This document shows, in pieces, positions 20,583 through 30,199 of a stretch of DNA of 64,000 nt. The notes below the pieces were generated by a model. The model was not told the DNA's origin and ran no database searches. It saw only the letters and a program-made list of their open reading frames with translations. The position numbers and the translations under genes are program-made. Position 1 is the first letter of the stretch. Each line of letters begins with the position of its first letter. The stretch covers positions 1,098-65,097 of the forward strand of contig JAISOY010000173.1 of assembly GCA_031275285.1 (NCBI GenBank), in the 5' to 3' direction. This stretch comes from Bacteroidales bacterium (lineage in GTDB: Bacteria; Bacteroidota; Bacteroidia; Bacteroidales; UBA4181).

Positions 20583-23510
20583 ATGGGCCTGAGTGTGGAA
20601 AAAGATCAACTTGTTCAACCATCCGGGGAATGTACCGGATTCCTCCGGCAGGTGGCGGCTTATTTGCATCGGGCATATGGCGAACAATTGCACCGGTTTT
20701 GTATCGTTTTTCCGAATATCCGGGCCGGGTTGTTTTTCAGGAAGTATCTTGCCGCTCTGTCTGACAGGCCGGTGTGGAGCCCTGCGTTCCGTTCCATGAA
20801 TTCATTGATGGAAGAAATAGCCGGCTGGACGGAATCCGACCGGGTCGGGATGGTATTCGATTTGTATCAGGCTTACCGGGAACATAAACCAACTGCTGAA
20901 AGTTTCGATGAATTTTATTTCTGGGGTGAAATGTTGCTGGATGATTTTGACGATATCGATAAACATCTGGTAGATGCCCGGGACCTGTTCCGGAACGTTT
21001 CCGACCTCAAAGAGATAGATCAGTTATTCGATTATTTGTCGGAAGACCAAAAGAACGCTATCCGTATTTTCTGGCAGGATTTCAATGGAGGGAAGACAGG
21101 TGCCCTGAAAGCGGACTTTGCAACCGTATGGCCTTCACTTCACCTGATCTATCATTCTTTTAAGAAACGGTTGCAGGATAAGTCGTTGGGTTATGAAGGC
21201 ATGATACAACGGGAAGCGGTAAGGTTGATCCGTAGTAATAAAGCCGGAAATACCGGATATGAACGATATGTATTTATCGGCTTCAATGCGTTGAATCCCT
21301 GTGAAAAATATTTTTTCAAATCGCTGCAGAAACAGGATAAAGCCATGTTCTTCTGGGATTATGACGACTATTACCTGAACCACAAATGGCATGAAGCCGG
21401 AATATTTATGCGGGAAAATATCCGTCAGTTCCCTTCTGAATGGCACATTGATTCACAGAACCTGACGGACAAGGCCAAAGAGATGGAGGTTATTTCAGTT
21501 CCTTCCGAAACGGGGCAGGCAGGAATGGCCGGGCAGATACTGAACGGGATGCCTGCAGGTATCGATTGGGACCGTACGGCCGTGGTGCTGCCCGACGAGC
21601 ATTTATTGTTGCCGGTACTTTCGTCTATTCCACAGGAAATAAGGGATATCAATATTACCATGGGGTATCCTTTTGTTTTTTCTCCGGCCAACAGCCTTTT
21701 CGAGCGGCTGGCCCTGTTACAACAAAGAGTACGTATTTATTCCGGGGTGGTCAAATTTTACCATCATGATGTAAATATGGTTTTACACCATCCATATATT
21801 CAGAATATTGCATCAAAAGAGGCTGATGAGGCCATTCGGGATACCGTGGAACATAACCGGATCTATGTATCCGTGGAGGAAATGACCGATCATCCGTTAT
21901 TCCGTATGTTATTCCGGAAGTGTTCGGGTGCAGGGGATTTTATCGCTTATTTGCTGGAAGCCGCTTCGGAAATCATCGGATGGATCAAAAAAAATGAAGA
22001 TACAGAGGCGCATATCTCCGCCAACGAACAATACCAGTTGGAATACCTGTATACATTTTATACCTCACTGCAAAGGATCGGGGACATATTTTCTTCGGAA
22101 CAGATCGATATGGAGGTCCATGTATTTTGCCGTTTGATGCGTAAAGTTTTTGCCTCGCTCAAAATTCCTTTCAGCGGGGAACCGCTTAAAGGGCTTCAGG
22201 TGATGGGAATGCTCGAGACACGGGTGCTCGATTTTGAACATGTCATCATCCTGTCGATGAACGAGGGTATTATCCCGAAGCCCAATCCCCGCCAGTCTTT
22301 TATTCCCTATAATCTTCGTAAGGGTTTTGGGTTGACGACCTCCGAACGTTACGATGCCATCAGCGCTTATCATTTTTATCGTTTGATCCAGAGGGCGTCA
22401 AATATCCATTTGATCTACAATTCGGCGGCAACCGACCGGAATACGGGTGAGATGAGCCGCTTTATCAGCCAGTTGATCTATGAACCTGCATTTGAAGTAC
22501 GGAAACGGGATATTACTTTTCATGTTCGTACCCAGGACGACAGGGAGATCATTCACGAAAGGACAGCAGATATTAGGAAATTACTGGCTTTATATTGTTC
22601 TCAGGGTGAGGGAAAAAGAATGTTGTCTCCCAGCGCTTTGAATACTTACCTGGATTGCCGCCTGCGTTTTTACTTCCGTTATATCGAGGGATTGGAGGAA
22701 CAGGAACAGGTCATCGATGAGATCGACCCTTCTGTATTCGGGTTGTTGTTGCATAAAACCATGGAAGATCTTTACCGTCCGTACCTGAACGAAGTGATGT
22801 CTGTAGAATTGCTCACGCAGATACAAAAGAATACATCCCTGATCGATGAGACCCTGTTGAAAGCCTTTGCAGAACATTATTTTCATTCCCGGCATGTCGA
22901 TGAAAGCGATATTACCGGACGGAATATCATTATCCGGGAAGTGTTGCTGAAATATATCCATCGGGTAATAGAGGTGGATAAAGCTGCGGCTCCGTTCACA
23001 CTGCTGGGATTGGAAGAAAAACTGAATATTCCTGTTCCGGTCAGCAGTATTTCTTCTTCTGCTACCGTGAACATGTACGGCATCATTGATCGTATCGAAT
23101 GCAGGAATGAGGCATTGTATATTATTGACTATAAAACAGGGAATGCCAGCCGGAAATTCAGGTCCGTTCCCGATCTGTTTGACCGCAATAAGAACGGAAA
23201 TCACGCTGTGATGCAGACACTGGTATATGCCTGTATGGCGAAGCTGGTTTATCCCGGATACCGGAAGATCAATTCAGGATTGTATGTGGTCAAGGATCTG
23301 TTCCGGGAACCGGATTATGATCCGAGGATCTCTATCATAAGACAGGATCCTTTGGATAATTACTTTGATGTGTCCAAAGAGTTCGAATACCTGTTGAATG
23401 AATTACTGGCGGAAATGTTTCTCAGTGATGTTCCTTTTACACAAACCCCGGATGAAAAGAAATGCCTGAATTGTCTGTATGCGGATATTTGCCACAGGAA
23501 ACGGGGATAA
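20583..23510 (+). CDS. AddB-like PD-(D/E)XK nuclease family protein with Fe-S staple
   Basis: 975 aa. C-terminal nuclease motif IIDYKTG is flanked by Cys (YLDCRLRF and CLNCLYADIC), as in AddB-type iron-staple nucleases. Confidence 0.75.
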   Translation: MGLSVEKDQLVQPSGECTGFLRQVAAYLHRAYGEQLHRFCIVFPNIRAGLFFRKYLAALSDRPVWSPAFRSMNSLMEEIAGWTESDRVGMVFDLYQAYREHKPTAESFDEFYFWGEMLLDDFDDIDKHLVDARDLFRNVSDLKEIDQLFDYLSEDQKNAIRIFWQDFNGGKTGALKADFATVWPSLHLIYHSFKKRLQDKSLGYEGMIQREAVRLIRSNKAGNTGYERYVFIGFNALNPCEKYFFKSLQKQDKAMFFWDYDDYYLNHKWHEAGIFMRENIRQFPSEWHIDSQNLTDKAKEMEVISVPSETGQAGMAGQILNGMPAGIDWDRTAVVLPDEHLLLPVLSSIPQEIRDINITMGYPFVFSPANSLFERLALLQQRVRIYSGVVKFYHHDVNMVLHHPYIQNIASKEADEAIRDTVEHNRIYVSVEEMTDHPLFRMLFRKCSGAGDFIAYLLEAASEIIGWIKKNEDTEAHISANEQYQLEYLYTFYTSLQRIGDIFSSEQIDMEVHVFCRLMRKVFASLKIPFSGEPLKGLQVMGMLETRVLDFEHVIILSMNEGIIPKPNPRQSFIPYNLRKGFGLTTSERYDAISAYHFYRLIQRASNIHLIYNSAATDRNTGEMSRFISQLIYEPAFEVRKRDITFHVRTQDDREIIHERTADIRKLLALYCSQGEGKRMLSPSALNTYLDCRLRFYFRYIEGLEEQEQVIDEIDPSVFGLLLHKTMEDLYRPYLNEVMSVELLTQIQKNTSLIDETLLKAFAEHYFHSRHVDESDITGRNIIIREVLLKYIHRVIEVDKAAAPFTLLGLEEKLNIPVPVSSISSSATVNMYGIIDRIECRNEALYIIDYKTGNASRKFRSVPDLFDRNKNGNHAVMQTLVYACMAKLVYPGYRKINSGLYVVKDLFREPDYDPRISIIRQDPLDNYFDVSKEFEYLLNELLAEMFLSDVPFTQTPDEKKCLNCLYADICHRKRG

Positions 23511-23574
23511 ATACATGAAGCTGCGATGGAGAAATAAATATATGTATAAGAATAACCATAAAAATTTGACAACA

Positions 23575-24018
23575 ATGAAATTCAGTAACGTAAGATTATT
23601 AGTAAAGGATTTTGCTAAATGTTTTAAGTTCTACTCTGAAAAACTTGGATTGGAACCGGCCTGGGGTGATGAGAGCAGTGGATATGCCAGTTTTAAGGTA
23701 GCAGACGGGATAGAAGGTTTCGCTCTTTTTGTATCCGATTGGATGGCACCGTCTGTAGGTAATGCGAATAAAGAATTGCCTGTAGGATTCCGGGAGAAGT
23801 CACTTGTGTCATTCAGTGTGGATAATGTTGATGACACTTATGTAGCTTTGAAAGCAAAGGGTGTGATATTTGTTAATGAACCTACCGATATGGCTGATTG
23901 GGGGATGCGCACGGTACATTTGCGCGATCCTGAAGATAATTTAATAGAACTTTTTTCACCATTGGCTTCGGACCAATGGAGTGAAGAGCTAATAGAAGAA
24001 AATAAAAGATACGAGTAA
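23575..24018 (+). CDS. VOC/glyoxalase family protein (integration target of the island)
   Basis: MKFSNVRLLVKDF...HLRDPEDNLIELF is typical of glyoxalase/bleomycin-resistance fold proteins. The upstream extension to 23479 overlaps the previous gene. Confidence 0.8.
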   Translation: MKFSNVRLLVKDFAKCFKFYSEKLGLEPAWGDESSGYASFKVADGIEGFALFVSDWMAPSVGNANKELPVGFREKSLVSFSVDNVDDTYVALKAKGVIFVNEPTDMADWGMRTVHLRDPEDNLIELFSPLASDQWSEELIEENKRYE

Positions 24019-24133
24019 ACAGGGTTTACATTGGTAGTATTTACAATAAAGCGGGAAATCTAAGATATTATGAGATTTCCCGCTTTATTGATAAAATAAG
24101 GTTTTCAGGTGTATTGGAATAGGACCCGTCAAC
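23980..24133 (+). repeat. left copy of the 154-bp direct repeat (last 39 nt of the VOC CDS plus its terminator region); attL candidate
   Basis: 23980-24062 is identical to 52929-53011 (83/83 by hand alignment). 24063-24133 matches 53012-53082 at 57/71 and ends in the shared CCGTCAAC. Confidence 0.9.
24051..24090 (+). terminator. rho-independent terminator of the VOC gene
   Basis: Perfect 11-bp stem GCGGGAAATCT / AGATTTCCCGC with an 11-nt loop, followed by TTTATT. Confidence 0.6.
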
Positions 24134-24183
24134 GCCCACGGAACGGTAAAATCCTAAAAAGACAGGAGAAGCCAACAAAAGAC

Positions 24184-24222
24184 AAAAAGTCTGTTAGTCA
24201 GTAGATTAACAGACTTTTTTTT
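24184..24222 (+). terminator. bidirectional terminator-like hairpin between attL and int
   Basis: AAAAAGTCTGTTA-loop-TAACAGACTTTTT, followed by further T residues. Confidence 0.45.
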
Positions 24223-24265
24223 ATTCTACCCTCGGACAAGAAAAGACAGTTTAGGACAGCAGTCG

Positions 24266-24310
24266 AGTGAGTAAAAAGTGAGTAAAACCACTTGCTGAAT
24301 TTTACTCACT
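24266..24310 (+). promoter_or_regulatory. integrase arm-type site candidates: AGTGAGTAAAA x2 in tandem plus one inverted copy (a fourth 9/11 copy lies at 24392-24400)
   Basis: Perfect 11-mers at 24266-24276 and 24277-24287. Reverse complement at 24300-24310. The same motif recurs in tandem at the other island end (52150-52171). Confidence 0.6.
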
Positions 24311-24429
24311 TTTAAGCGGATTATTAGCTGGTAGCTAATGACTTATAATGACCTAACTTGGCTTTTTTGAGAGCTTCATTCTTTAAGGTTCAGTGAGTAA
24401 TTTTGTCGAATTATTAAAAAGAATGAGCA

Positions 24430-25653
24430 ATGAAAAGTACGTATCGAATCCTTTTCTTAATCAGAAAGAGAGACTTAAACAAGGATGGACTCGCCAATAT
24501 CATGGTTAGAATAACAATTAGCGGAGAAAAAGCAGAATTCAGTTCCAAAGAATTTGTCAAGCCTGAAATGTGGAACTCATTGGGCAAAGTCATGGGAAGA
24601 ACAAAGGAAGCCCAACAAATAAATGATTCGCTGGATAAAATAAAGATTGCTTTGGATAAGCAATACAAAGAAATTCTTGAAAAAGATGGCTATGTTACAC
24701 CGGATAAACTCCGAGACACCTATCTGGGTAAGATTATTCGTAAACATACCGTCTTATCCCTATATAATATTAAGGTAGAGCAAAAGCGAAATCTTGTCGG
24801 AAAAACAATCCGTTGTACCACTCTTTCTAAATATTTGGCTACCCGAAAGCGTGTTGCCGATTTCATGGTGTACAAATATAAGAAAGAAGATATGCCAATC
24901 CGCGATGTAGATTTTCAATTTGTGACGGACTATGAGGTTTATCTGAAATCAATCTGCAAATGTGGACATAACTCTACCGTCAAACATTTACGTTACTTGA
25001 AGCAAGTAGTTACCAATGCGCTTAAAAACAGATATATTGCCGTTGACCCTTTCGATGATTATACATTAGGATACAAGCCTGTAAAAAAGGAATTTCTGAT
25101 TGAGCCTGAAATCAAGAAGCTAATGAATAAGAAATTCGAGTCAAAACGACTAGCGGAAGTACGAGATGTATTTTTGTTTCAAATTTTCACTGGGTTAGCC
25201 TACATAGATGCCGCCAATCTAACAGAGAATAATATTATAGAAGACGGTTACGGACAGAAATGGATACAACTGACCCGTCAGAAATCTTCTGTTCAGGCTA
25301 ATATTCCACTATTGGATGTTCCTTTATCTATTCTCAAAAAATATAAAGGATTGAAAAACGGTAAACTGTTACCCATTCATACCAACCAAAAAATGAACGA
25401 ATATTTGAAAGAAATTGCTTCTTTATGTGGCATAAATAAAAGATTGACAACGCATTGCGGTAGGCATTCGTTCGGAACGATTATGCTGACCAAAGGGGTT
25501 TCAATCGAAAGTGTTTCTAAGATGTTAGGTCATACAAATATCACTACAACACAGATTTACGCGAAAGTTCTTAATCAGAAAATATTCACGGAAGTGAATA
25601 AGGTCAGAGGAGAATTGGATGGGTTGGCAAAGTATTATAGACAGAGGAAATAA
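24430..25653 (+). CDS. tyrosine-type site-specific integrase (Bacteroides type, N-terminal arm-binding domain)
   Basis: 407 aa. C-terminal catalytic pattern HCGRHSFGT...LGHTNITTTQIYAKV (R..HxxR..Y). The N-terminus resembles Bacteroidetes integrase arm-binding domains. Confidence 0.92.
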   Translation: MKSTYRILFLIRKRDLNKDGLANIMVRITISGEKAEFSSKEFVKPEMWNSLGKVMGRTKEAQQINDSLDKIKIALDKQYKEILEKDGYVTPDKLRDTYLGKIIRKHTVLSLYNIKVEQKRNLVGKTIRCTTLSKYLATRKRVADFMVYKYKKEDMPIRDVDFQFVTDYEVYLKSICKCGHNSTVKHLRYLKQVVTNALKNRYIAVDPFDDYTLGYKPVKKEFLIEPEIKKLMNKKFESKRLAEVRDVFLFQIFTGLAYIDAANLTENNIIEDGYGQKWIQLTRQKSSVQANIPLLDVPLSILKKYKGLKNGKLLPIHTNQKMNEYLKEIASLCGINKRLTTHCGRHSFGTIMLTKGVSIESVSKMLGHTNITTTQIYAKVLNQKIFTEVNKVRGELDGLAKYYRQRK

Positions 25654-25750
25654 TTCCTAAAAACTTAAATTCATTCCCCAAATAATGAAGTTCATCAGAA
25701 AAATCAGAAGATTTACCCTGAATTTCCGGCGAAAAATCTACTTTTGAACC

Positions 25751-26776
25751 ATGATACAGATTAAAAAGATAAATATAAAACATATCCTTATTTTTCTGTT
25801 TGCCACACTGCTTTATGCTTTGTGTCAAATGCTTTTCAGTGCTATTCTGATGAAAGAAGATTTAGGGGATAAATTTCTGATTCAGCTACTATCCCACTAT
25901 GTCGTAATCTTTACCATGTGTATCGCAGATTACCTGTTATTACTATTCCTGAATAAGTATATACCCTATTCCAAAAACATATTACTCCGTGTCATAGCAG
26001 ACTTTGTTGGGGTAATCGTAATATGCCTGATTGTATTGGGTATGTTCAATTACCTGATATATGATGTACTTCTTATTTCAAAAGACGGGCTGCCTTCTTT
26101 CCTTGTCAAATTTGCATTTGGGATGACAAACAATATCCCTATCCTGTTGGCATTTGAGCTGATCCACTACTTCCAATCCGAACAAAAAGCCATCGCTGAT
26201 TCCGAGAAAGCAAAACGTGAAGCATTGCTGTTCGAACATGAAACGCTGAGGTCGCAGATAAACCCGCATTTTCTGTTTAACTCGCTGAATGTATTATCGT
26301 CATTAATCTATATGAATCCGGACAATGCGAATAAGTTCACCAAAGCCCTCTCAAAAACTTATCGCTATGTGCTTTCTTTAAACCGCCGACCAATGGTTTC
26401 TGTTGAAGAAGATTTGGACGCACTGGAATCATATATCTTCCTAATGGAAATGAGATTTGAAAACTCTTTTACTTTTACGGTAAACAAAACGTGCGCCTGT
26501 GAAAAGAAGATGATTATTCCCCTTACCCTGCAATTACTGATAGAGAACGTATTCAAGCATAATGTAGCAACCGAAGAAATGCCATTGGATATAAAAATTA
26601 CTATCGGGAGTGAATACATTACAGTTGAGAACAATATCCAGCCCTCGAATGATGTGGATAAAGGAGGAATCGGACTGAAATATCTCACAAAGCAATATAA
26701 ACTGTATGCCAAAGAGGTAGTCGTTGAGCATACTCCCCAAGTGTTTATTGTAAAAATCCCCTATATACAACCATGA
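25751..26776 (+). CDS. LytS/YehU-type sensor histidine kinase
   Basis: Multi-TM N-terminus. The His_kinase motif LRSQINPHFLFNSLN and ATPase motifs LLIENVFKHN and GGIGL are present. Confidence 0.85.
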   Translation: MIQIKKINIKHILIFLFATLLYALCQMLFSAILMKEDLGDKFLIQLLSHYVVIFTMCIADYLLLLFLNKYIPYSKNILLRVIADFVGVIVICLIVLGMFNYLIYDVLLISKDGLPSFLVKFAFGMTNNIPILLAFELIHYFQSEQKAIADSEKAKREALLFEHETLRSQINPHFLFNSLNVLSSLIYMNPDNANKFTKALSKTYRYVLSLNRRPMVSVEEDLDALESYIFLMEMRFENSFTFTVNKTCACEKKMIIPLTLQLLIENVFKHNVATEEMPLDIKITIGSEYITVENNIQPSNDVDKGGIGLKYLTKQYKLYAKEVVVEHTPQVFIVKIPYIQP

Positions 26777-27525
26777 AGTACCTGATAGTAGAAGATGAGC
26801 GGTTTGCATACGAAGAACTGAAACGCATGATGACGGAGTTACGTCCCGATTATTCGTTGGAGAAGCGGACGAAAACAGTCGTAGACACCATTGCGTTTTT
26901 GAAAACTTCTGCTGTCGATCTGATTTTGTTGGATATACGGCTTGCCGATGGCAACTGCTTCGAGATATTCAACCATGTAGAGGTCAGTACGCCTGTCATA
27001 TTTACCACTGCTTACGATGAACACGCTATCAAGGCATTCAAGTTGAACAGCATTGATTACCTGTTAAAACCTTTTGATGAAAAGGAACTGGAGGCGGCAT
27101 TAATCAAGTTTGAGAATATCTTCCACGATAATTCTCATAAAACCGATCCGAAGAACTTCGAGCAGATATTGGCAGCCAAAAACAAGAACCGTTTCTTGAT
27201 ATCGAAAGGAGACAATTATCATTATATAGAAACGGCGGATATTGCTCATTTTTACAGTGAAGAAGGGGTTGTATTCCTGCATACGTTTCAAAACAAACGA
27301 TATATCATCAATTACACGTTAGACCAACTGGAACAGCAGCTTGATAGCCGCCTGTTTTTTCGAGTATCACGTAATTGCATCAGTAATGTGAAGGCAATCG
27401 AAAATGTGGCTAAATACTTCAATAGCCGTTTAAAGCTCTCTTTCCAACCTGCCTGTCCTCACGAAGTGCTGGTCAGCAGGGTGCGTGTACCCGACTTTCT
27501 GAAATGGATGGACGGGATTCTTTAA
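26773..27525 (+). CDS. LytTR-family response regulator
   Basis: REC (YLIVEDE, LILLDIRL) plus a C-terminal LytTR-like region. ATGA overlap with the kinase gene. Confidence 0.88.
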   Translation: MKYLIVEDERFAYEELKRMMTELRPDYSLEKRTKTVVDTIAFLKTSAVDLILLDIRLADGNCFEIFNHVEVSTPVIFTTAYDEHAIKAFKLNSIDYLLKPFDEKELEAALIKFENIFHDNSHKTDPKNFEQILAAKNKNRFLISKGDNYHYIETADIAHFYSEEGVVFLHTFQNKRYIINYTLDQLEQQLDSRLFFRVSRNCISNVKAIENVAKYFNSRLKLSFQPACPHEVLVSRVRVPDFLKWMDGIL

Positions 27526-27567
27526 GAAGAAAGGCGTAATCACATTGAAAAGTCCTATTTTTGCAAA

Positions 27568-28410
27568 ATGGATTCTATTCCCATTCATAAAACATCCGAA
27601 CTCTTTCAGGGAGAAGTCGCCCAAATGCGGTATATTTCGGGAGAAGAAAAATCGCCTGTCAATGCTCATGTACATAGAGACGATTATTATATTTTCCTTT
27701 TAATAGAGAAAGGCAAGGGCACTGTATTAATTGATTTTGAGGAACGCAAAATAGCCGGAAATAATATTTATTGTATTCTGCCGGGGCAAGTTCATCACTC
27801 TGGTAATAAAGTCAATGCCAGTGGTTGGTTTTTAGCGGTTGATAGCATGCTTGTAAAAAGTGAACATAAGGAAATATTTGAGAAAGCTATCATTGCCGGA
27901 TACACACCCAAACCAGACGAAGGTACGATCAATACATTAAGAAGTTGTGCTGTTCTTGTTCATAAACGACTTCAATCCGATAAACAAAATAGCGGACAAC
28001 AAATTCTGCATGATTTACTTTCAGCCTATATTGGGATGATAGCAGAAGTTTATCAAGAAGGGTTATCCCCATCAGCCAATAAACGTTTTGCTATCATTAC
28101 TTACGAGTTCAAGACTTTGCTGTCCGTCAATTATCGCTCAATGAAACAGCCATCTCAATATGCGGCTAAAATGAATATTTCTCCGATATATCTATATGAA
28201 GCTGTTAAACAGACCACCGGACAGAGTGTGAGTAATTATATCCACAACGAAATTGTCATTCAAGCCAAACGCTTGCTGTTCTATACCGATAGAAGCGTTA
28301 AGGAGATTGCTTTGGAGTTGGGATATGAAGATTATGCCTACTTTACACGTCTGTTTACTAAGACATCAAAACTATCCCCGACACAATTCCGAAAGAAATA
28401 CCTTAAATAG
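27568..28410 (+). CDS. AraC family transcriptional regulator
   Basis: Cupin-like N-terminus (ILPGQVHH). C-terminal double HTH (IALELGYEDYAYFTRLFTK). Confidence 0.88.
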   Translation: MDSIPIHKTSELFQGEVAQMRYISGEEKSPVNAHVHRDDYYIFLLIEKGKGTVLIDFEERKIAGNNIYCILPGQVHHSGNKVNASGWFLAVDSMLVKSEHKEIFEKAIIAGYTPKPDEGTINTLRSCAVLVHKRLQSDKQNSGQQILHDLLSAYIGMIAEVYQEGLSPSANKRFAIITYEFKTLLSVNYRSMKQPSQYAAKMNISPIYLYEAVKQTTGQSVSNYIHNEIVIQAKRLLFYTDRSVKEIALELGYEDYAYFTRLFTKTSKLSPTQFRKKYLK

Positions 28411-28494
28411 TCCAACTTATACCTTTTTCTCTCCATTTCCGTATCCTTTCCATTTCCGTTTCTTTGCACTCTGTAACAATCAATACAAGTAAAG

Positions 28495-28722
28495 ATGGAA
28501 AAGGGAGCGGAACGATTAAAAAAGATACAGACTCTGTATATGAGTATTAATCCTCATAAATGCAAAGCCTGTTGGGAATGTATAACTGTTTGTCCGAAAC
28601 AAGTAATCGGCAAAGTTGGATTCCTATGGCATAAACATATCGTATTCAAAGATTCCGATAACTGTTCGGGATGTCAAAAGTGTATCAAGATTTGTCCGCA
28701 TGGGGTATTCAATCATCAATAA
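28495..28722 (+). CDS. small 4Fe-4S ferredoxin-type protein
   Basis: Two Cys clusters, CKACWECITVCP and CSGCQKCIKICP. Confidence 0.7.
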   Translation: MEKGAERLKKIQTLYMSINPHKCKACWECITVCPKQVIGKVGFLWHKHIVFKDSDNCSGCQKCIKICPHGVFNHQ

Positions 28723-28727
28723 ATATT

Positions 28728-29063
28728 ATGGAAAAAACAAATAAGAAAGCATTTAGCCAACGCAAATTCGTATCTGTCGGGCTATTTTTATCGCTGGCGA
28801 TATTAGTTATAACGGGGATTCTGATTCAGATTTATGAGCACTTCGATGAGGGTTTTGCTATACATTTCTTTGTCGGCGTTCATGTTCTTACGGGGATTTT
28901 CTTTTCGGTTATATCAATACTTCATATCATAATCAACTGGCGGGCATTAAAAAGTTATATCAAGACAAAGAATGTAAGTATTGGCAAAGAAACCATAGCG
29001 GCGATTGTGGTAGCTATCTTAATTATTTTCATTGGGTTTATTGTTGAATATCATCATCTTTAA
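28728..29063 (+). CDS. small integral membrane protein (DUF4405-like)
   Basis: Three predicted TM helices. Start chosen at the ATG (28728) just after the ferredoxin stop. Confidence 0.5.
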   Translation: MEKTNKKAFSQRKFVSVGLFLSLAILVITGILIQIYEHFDEGFAIHFFVGVHVLTGIFFSVISILHIIINWRALKSYIKTKNVSIGKETIAAIVVAILIIFIGFIVEYHHL

Positions 29064-29272
29064 TTGTGGTGTATCCGACTTCCTGAAATGGATAGACGGG
29101 AGTTTGGACTAATCCTCAAATAAAAATTTTCTTTTTGTACAGGGTATGGAAATTCCATGCCCTGTTTTCTGCATTTCATTTTGCCAATTCTGAACTCCAT
29201 AGTTATTGGCTTTCGGTATTGCTTCATTCATTGTTCTTTTGCGGAGATTATAAACGCAAAAATTTTAAAATC

Positions 29273-30199
29273 ATGAAGTTAGCATCATTGTTCTTAGTGG
29301 TATTGGGAACCCTTCTATGTCTGGAAGGGAAAGCACAACAATTATCGTTCAAAACCGAATATCTTGGAAATTCCGGTTATTATTTCTTGCCTCCCGGCGA
29401 AAAGCCAAGAGAGAAAATAGGCGATGCCAAAGGTTCTGTCGTAGTTTATCAGGGAGCGTTCAACATGCCCCTATCCGTGAAACTGAATGAGAACAATCGT
29501 CCGACTGCTTGGGGTATTGGTCTTGGCGGGTCATACACATCATTGAACAACAAAAATTTCACGGATCACATGGTTTCCGAAATCATGAATTTACAGGTAG
29601 GGCTTTACCACTTACGACCGTTAAACGACAAATGGTCGATGCGGGCAAGTGCGGGCGTGGCGGTACTCGCTCCTTCCGCCGATCTTTCTAAAATCAGGTT
29701 CAAGCACGTACTTGGAAGCGGAGGAATTATCTTCATCCGCCACCTGAAACCCAATCTATCTATTGGCGGCGGTGTGGCTATAAACAGTTCGTTGGGTTAT
29801 CCGATGATATTCCCTGCGGTGTATCTGAATTGGGAACTTGACGGGAAGTTCGATGTAAACGTGGAGCTGGTCGAAGGGTTGGACGTGTCGGCAGGTTATA
29901 GTTTCAACGATTGGTTTAAGCTATCGTATGCTTTAGAAATGAACGGACAGGCAGCTTTGTTGGAAAAGGACGGCAAAGATGTCATATTCTCCCACCAATA
30001 TATCGTAACGGGGTTTCGTCCCGAAATAAAGGTTGGCAAAACCGGATTATCCATGACTGCTATGGCAGGGTTGAACCTGTATCGTCCGGCTTCTTACAGC
30101 GACCGAACGCTGAAGGGAGTGTTTGCGACCGATAATGATTATTATTTCTCTGTTTCGCCATACGTGTCTTTCGGAATCAAATACAATTTCGGAAAATGA
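29273..30199 (+). CDS. putative outer-membrane beta-barrel protein
   Basis: Signal peptide MKLASLFLVVLGTLLCLEGKAQQ, alternating beta-strand pattern, C-terminal ...GIKYNFGK. ATGA overlap with the TolC-like gene. Confidence 0.55.
   Translation: MKLASLFLVVLGTLLCLEGKAQQLSFKTEYLGNSGYYFLPPGEKPREKIGDAKGSVVVYQGAFNMPLSVKLNENNRPTAWGIGLGGSYTSLNNKNFTDHMVSEIMNLQVGLYHLRPLNDKWSMRASAGVAVLAPSADLSKIRFKHVLGSGGIIFIRHLKPNLSIGGGVAINSSLGYPMIFPAVYLNWELDGKFDVNVELVEGLDVSAGYSFNDWFKLSYALEMNGQAALLEKDGKDVIFSHQYIVTGFRPEIKVGKTGLSMTAMAGLNLYRPASYSDRTLKGVFATDNDYYFSVSPYVSFGIKYNFGK

Noticed and set aside
22590-23204. 204-aa minus-strand ORF inside the AddB-like gene
   Set aside because: Antisense shadow ORF within a 975-aa gene that has clear nuclease motifs.
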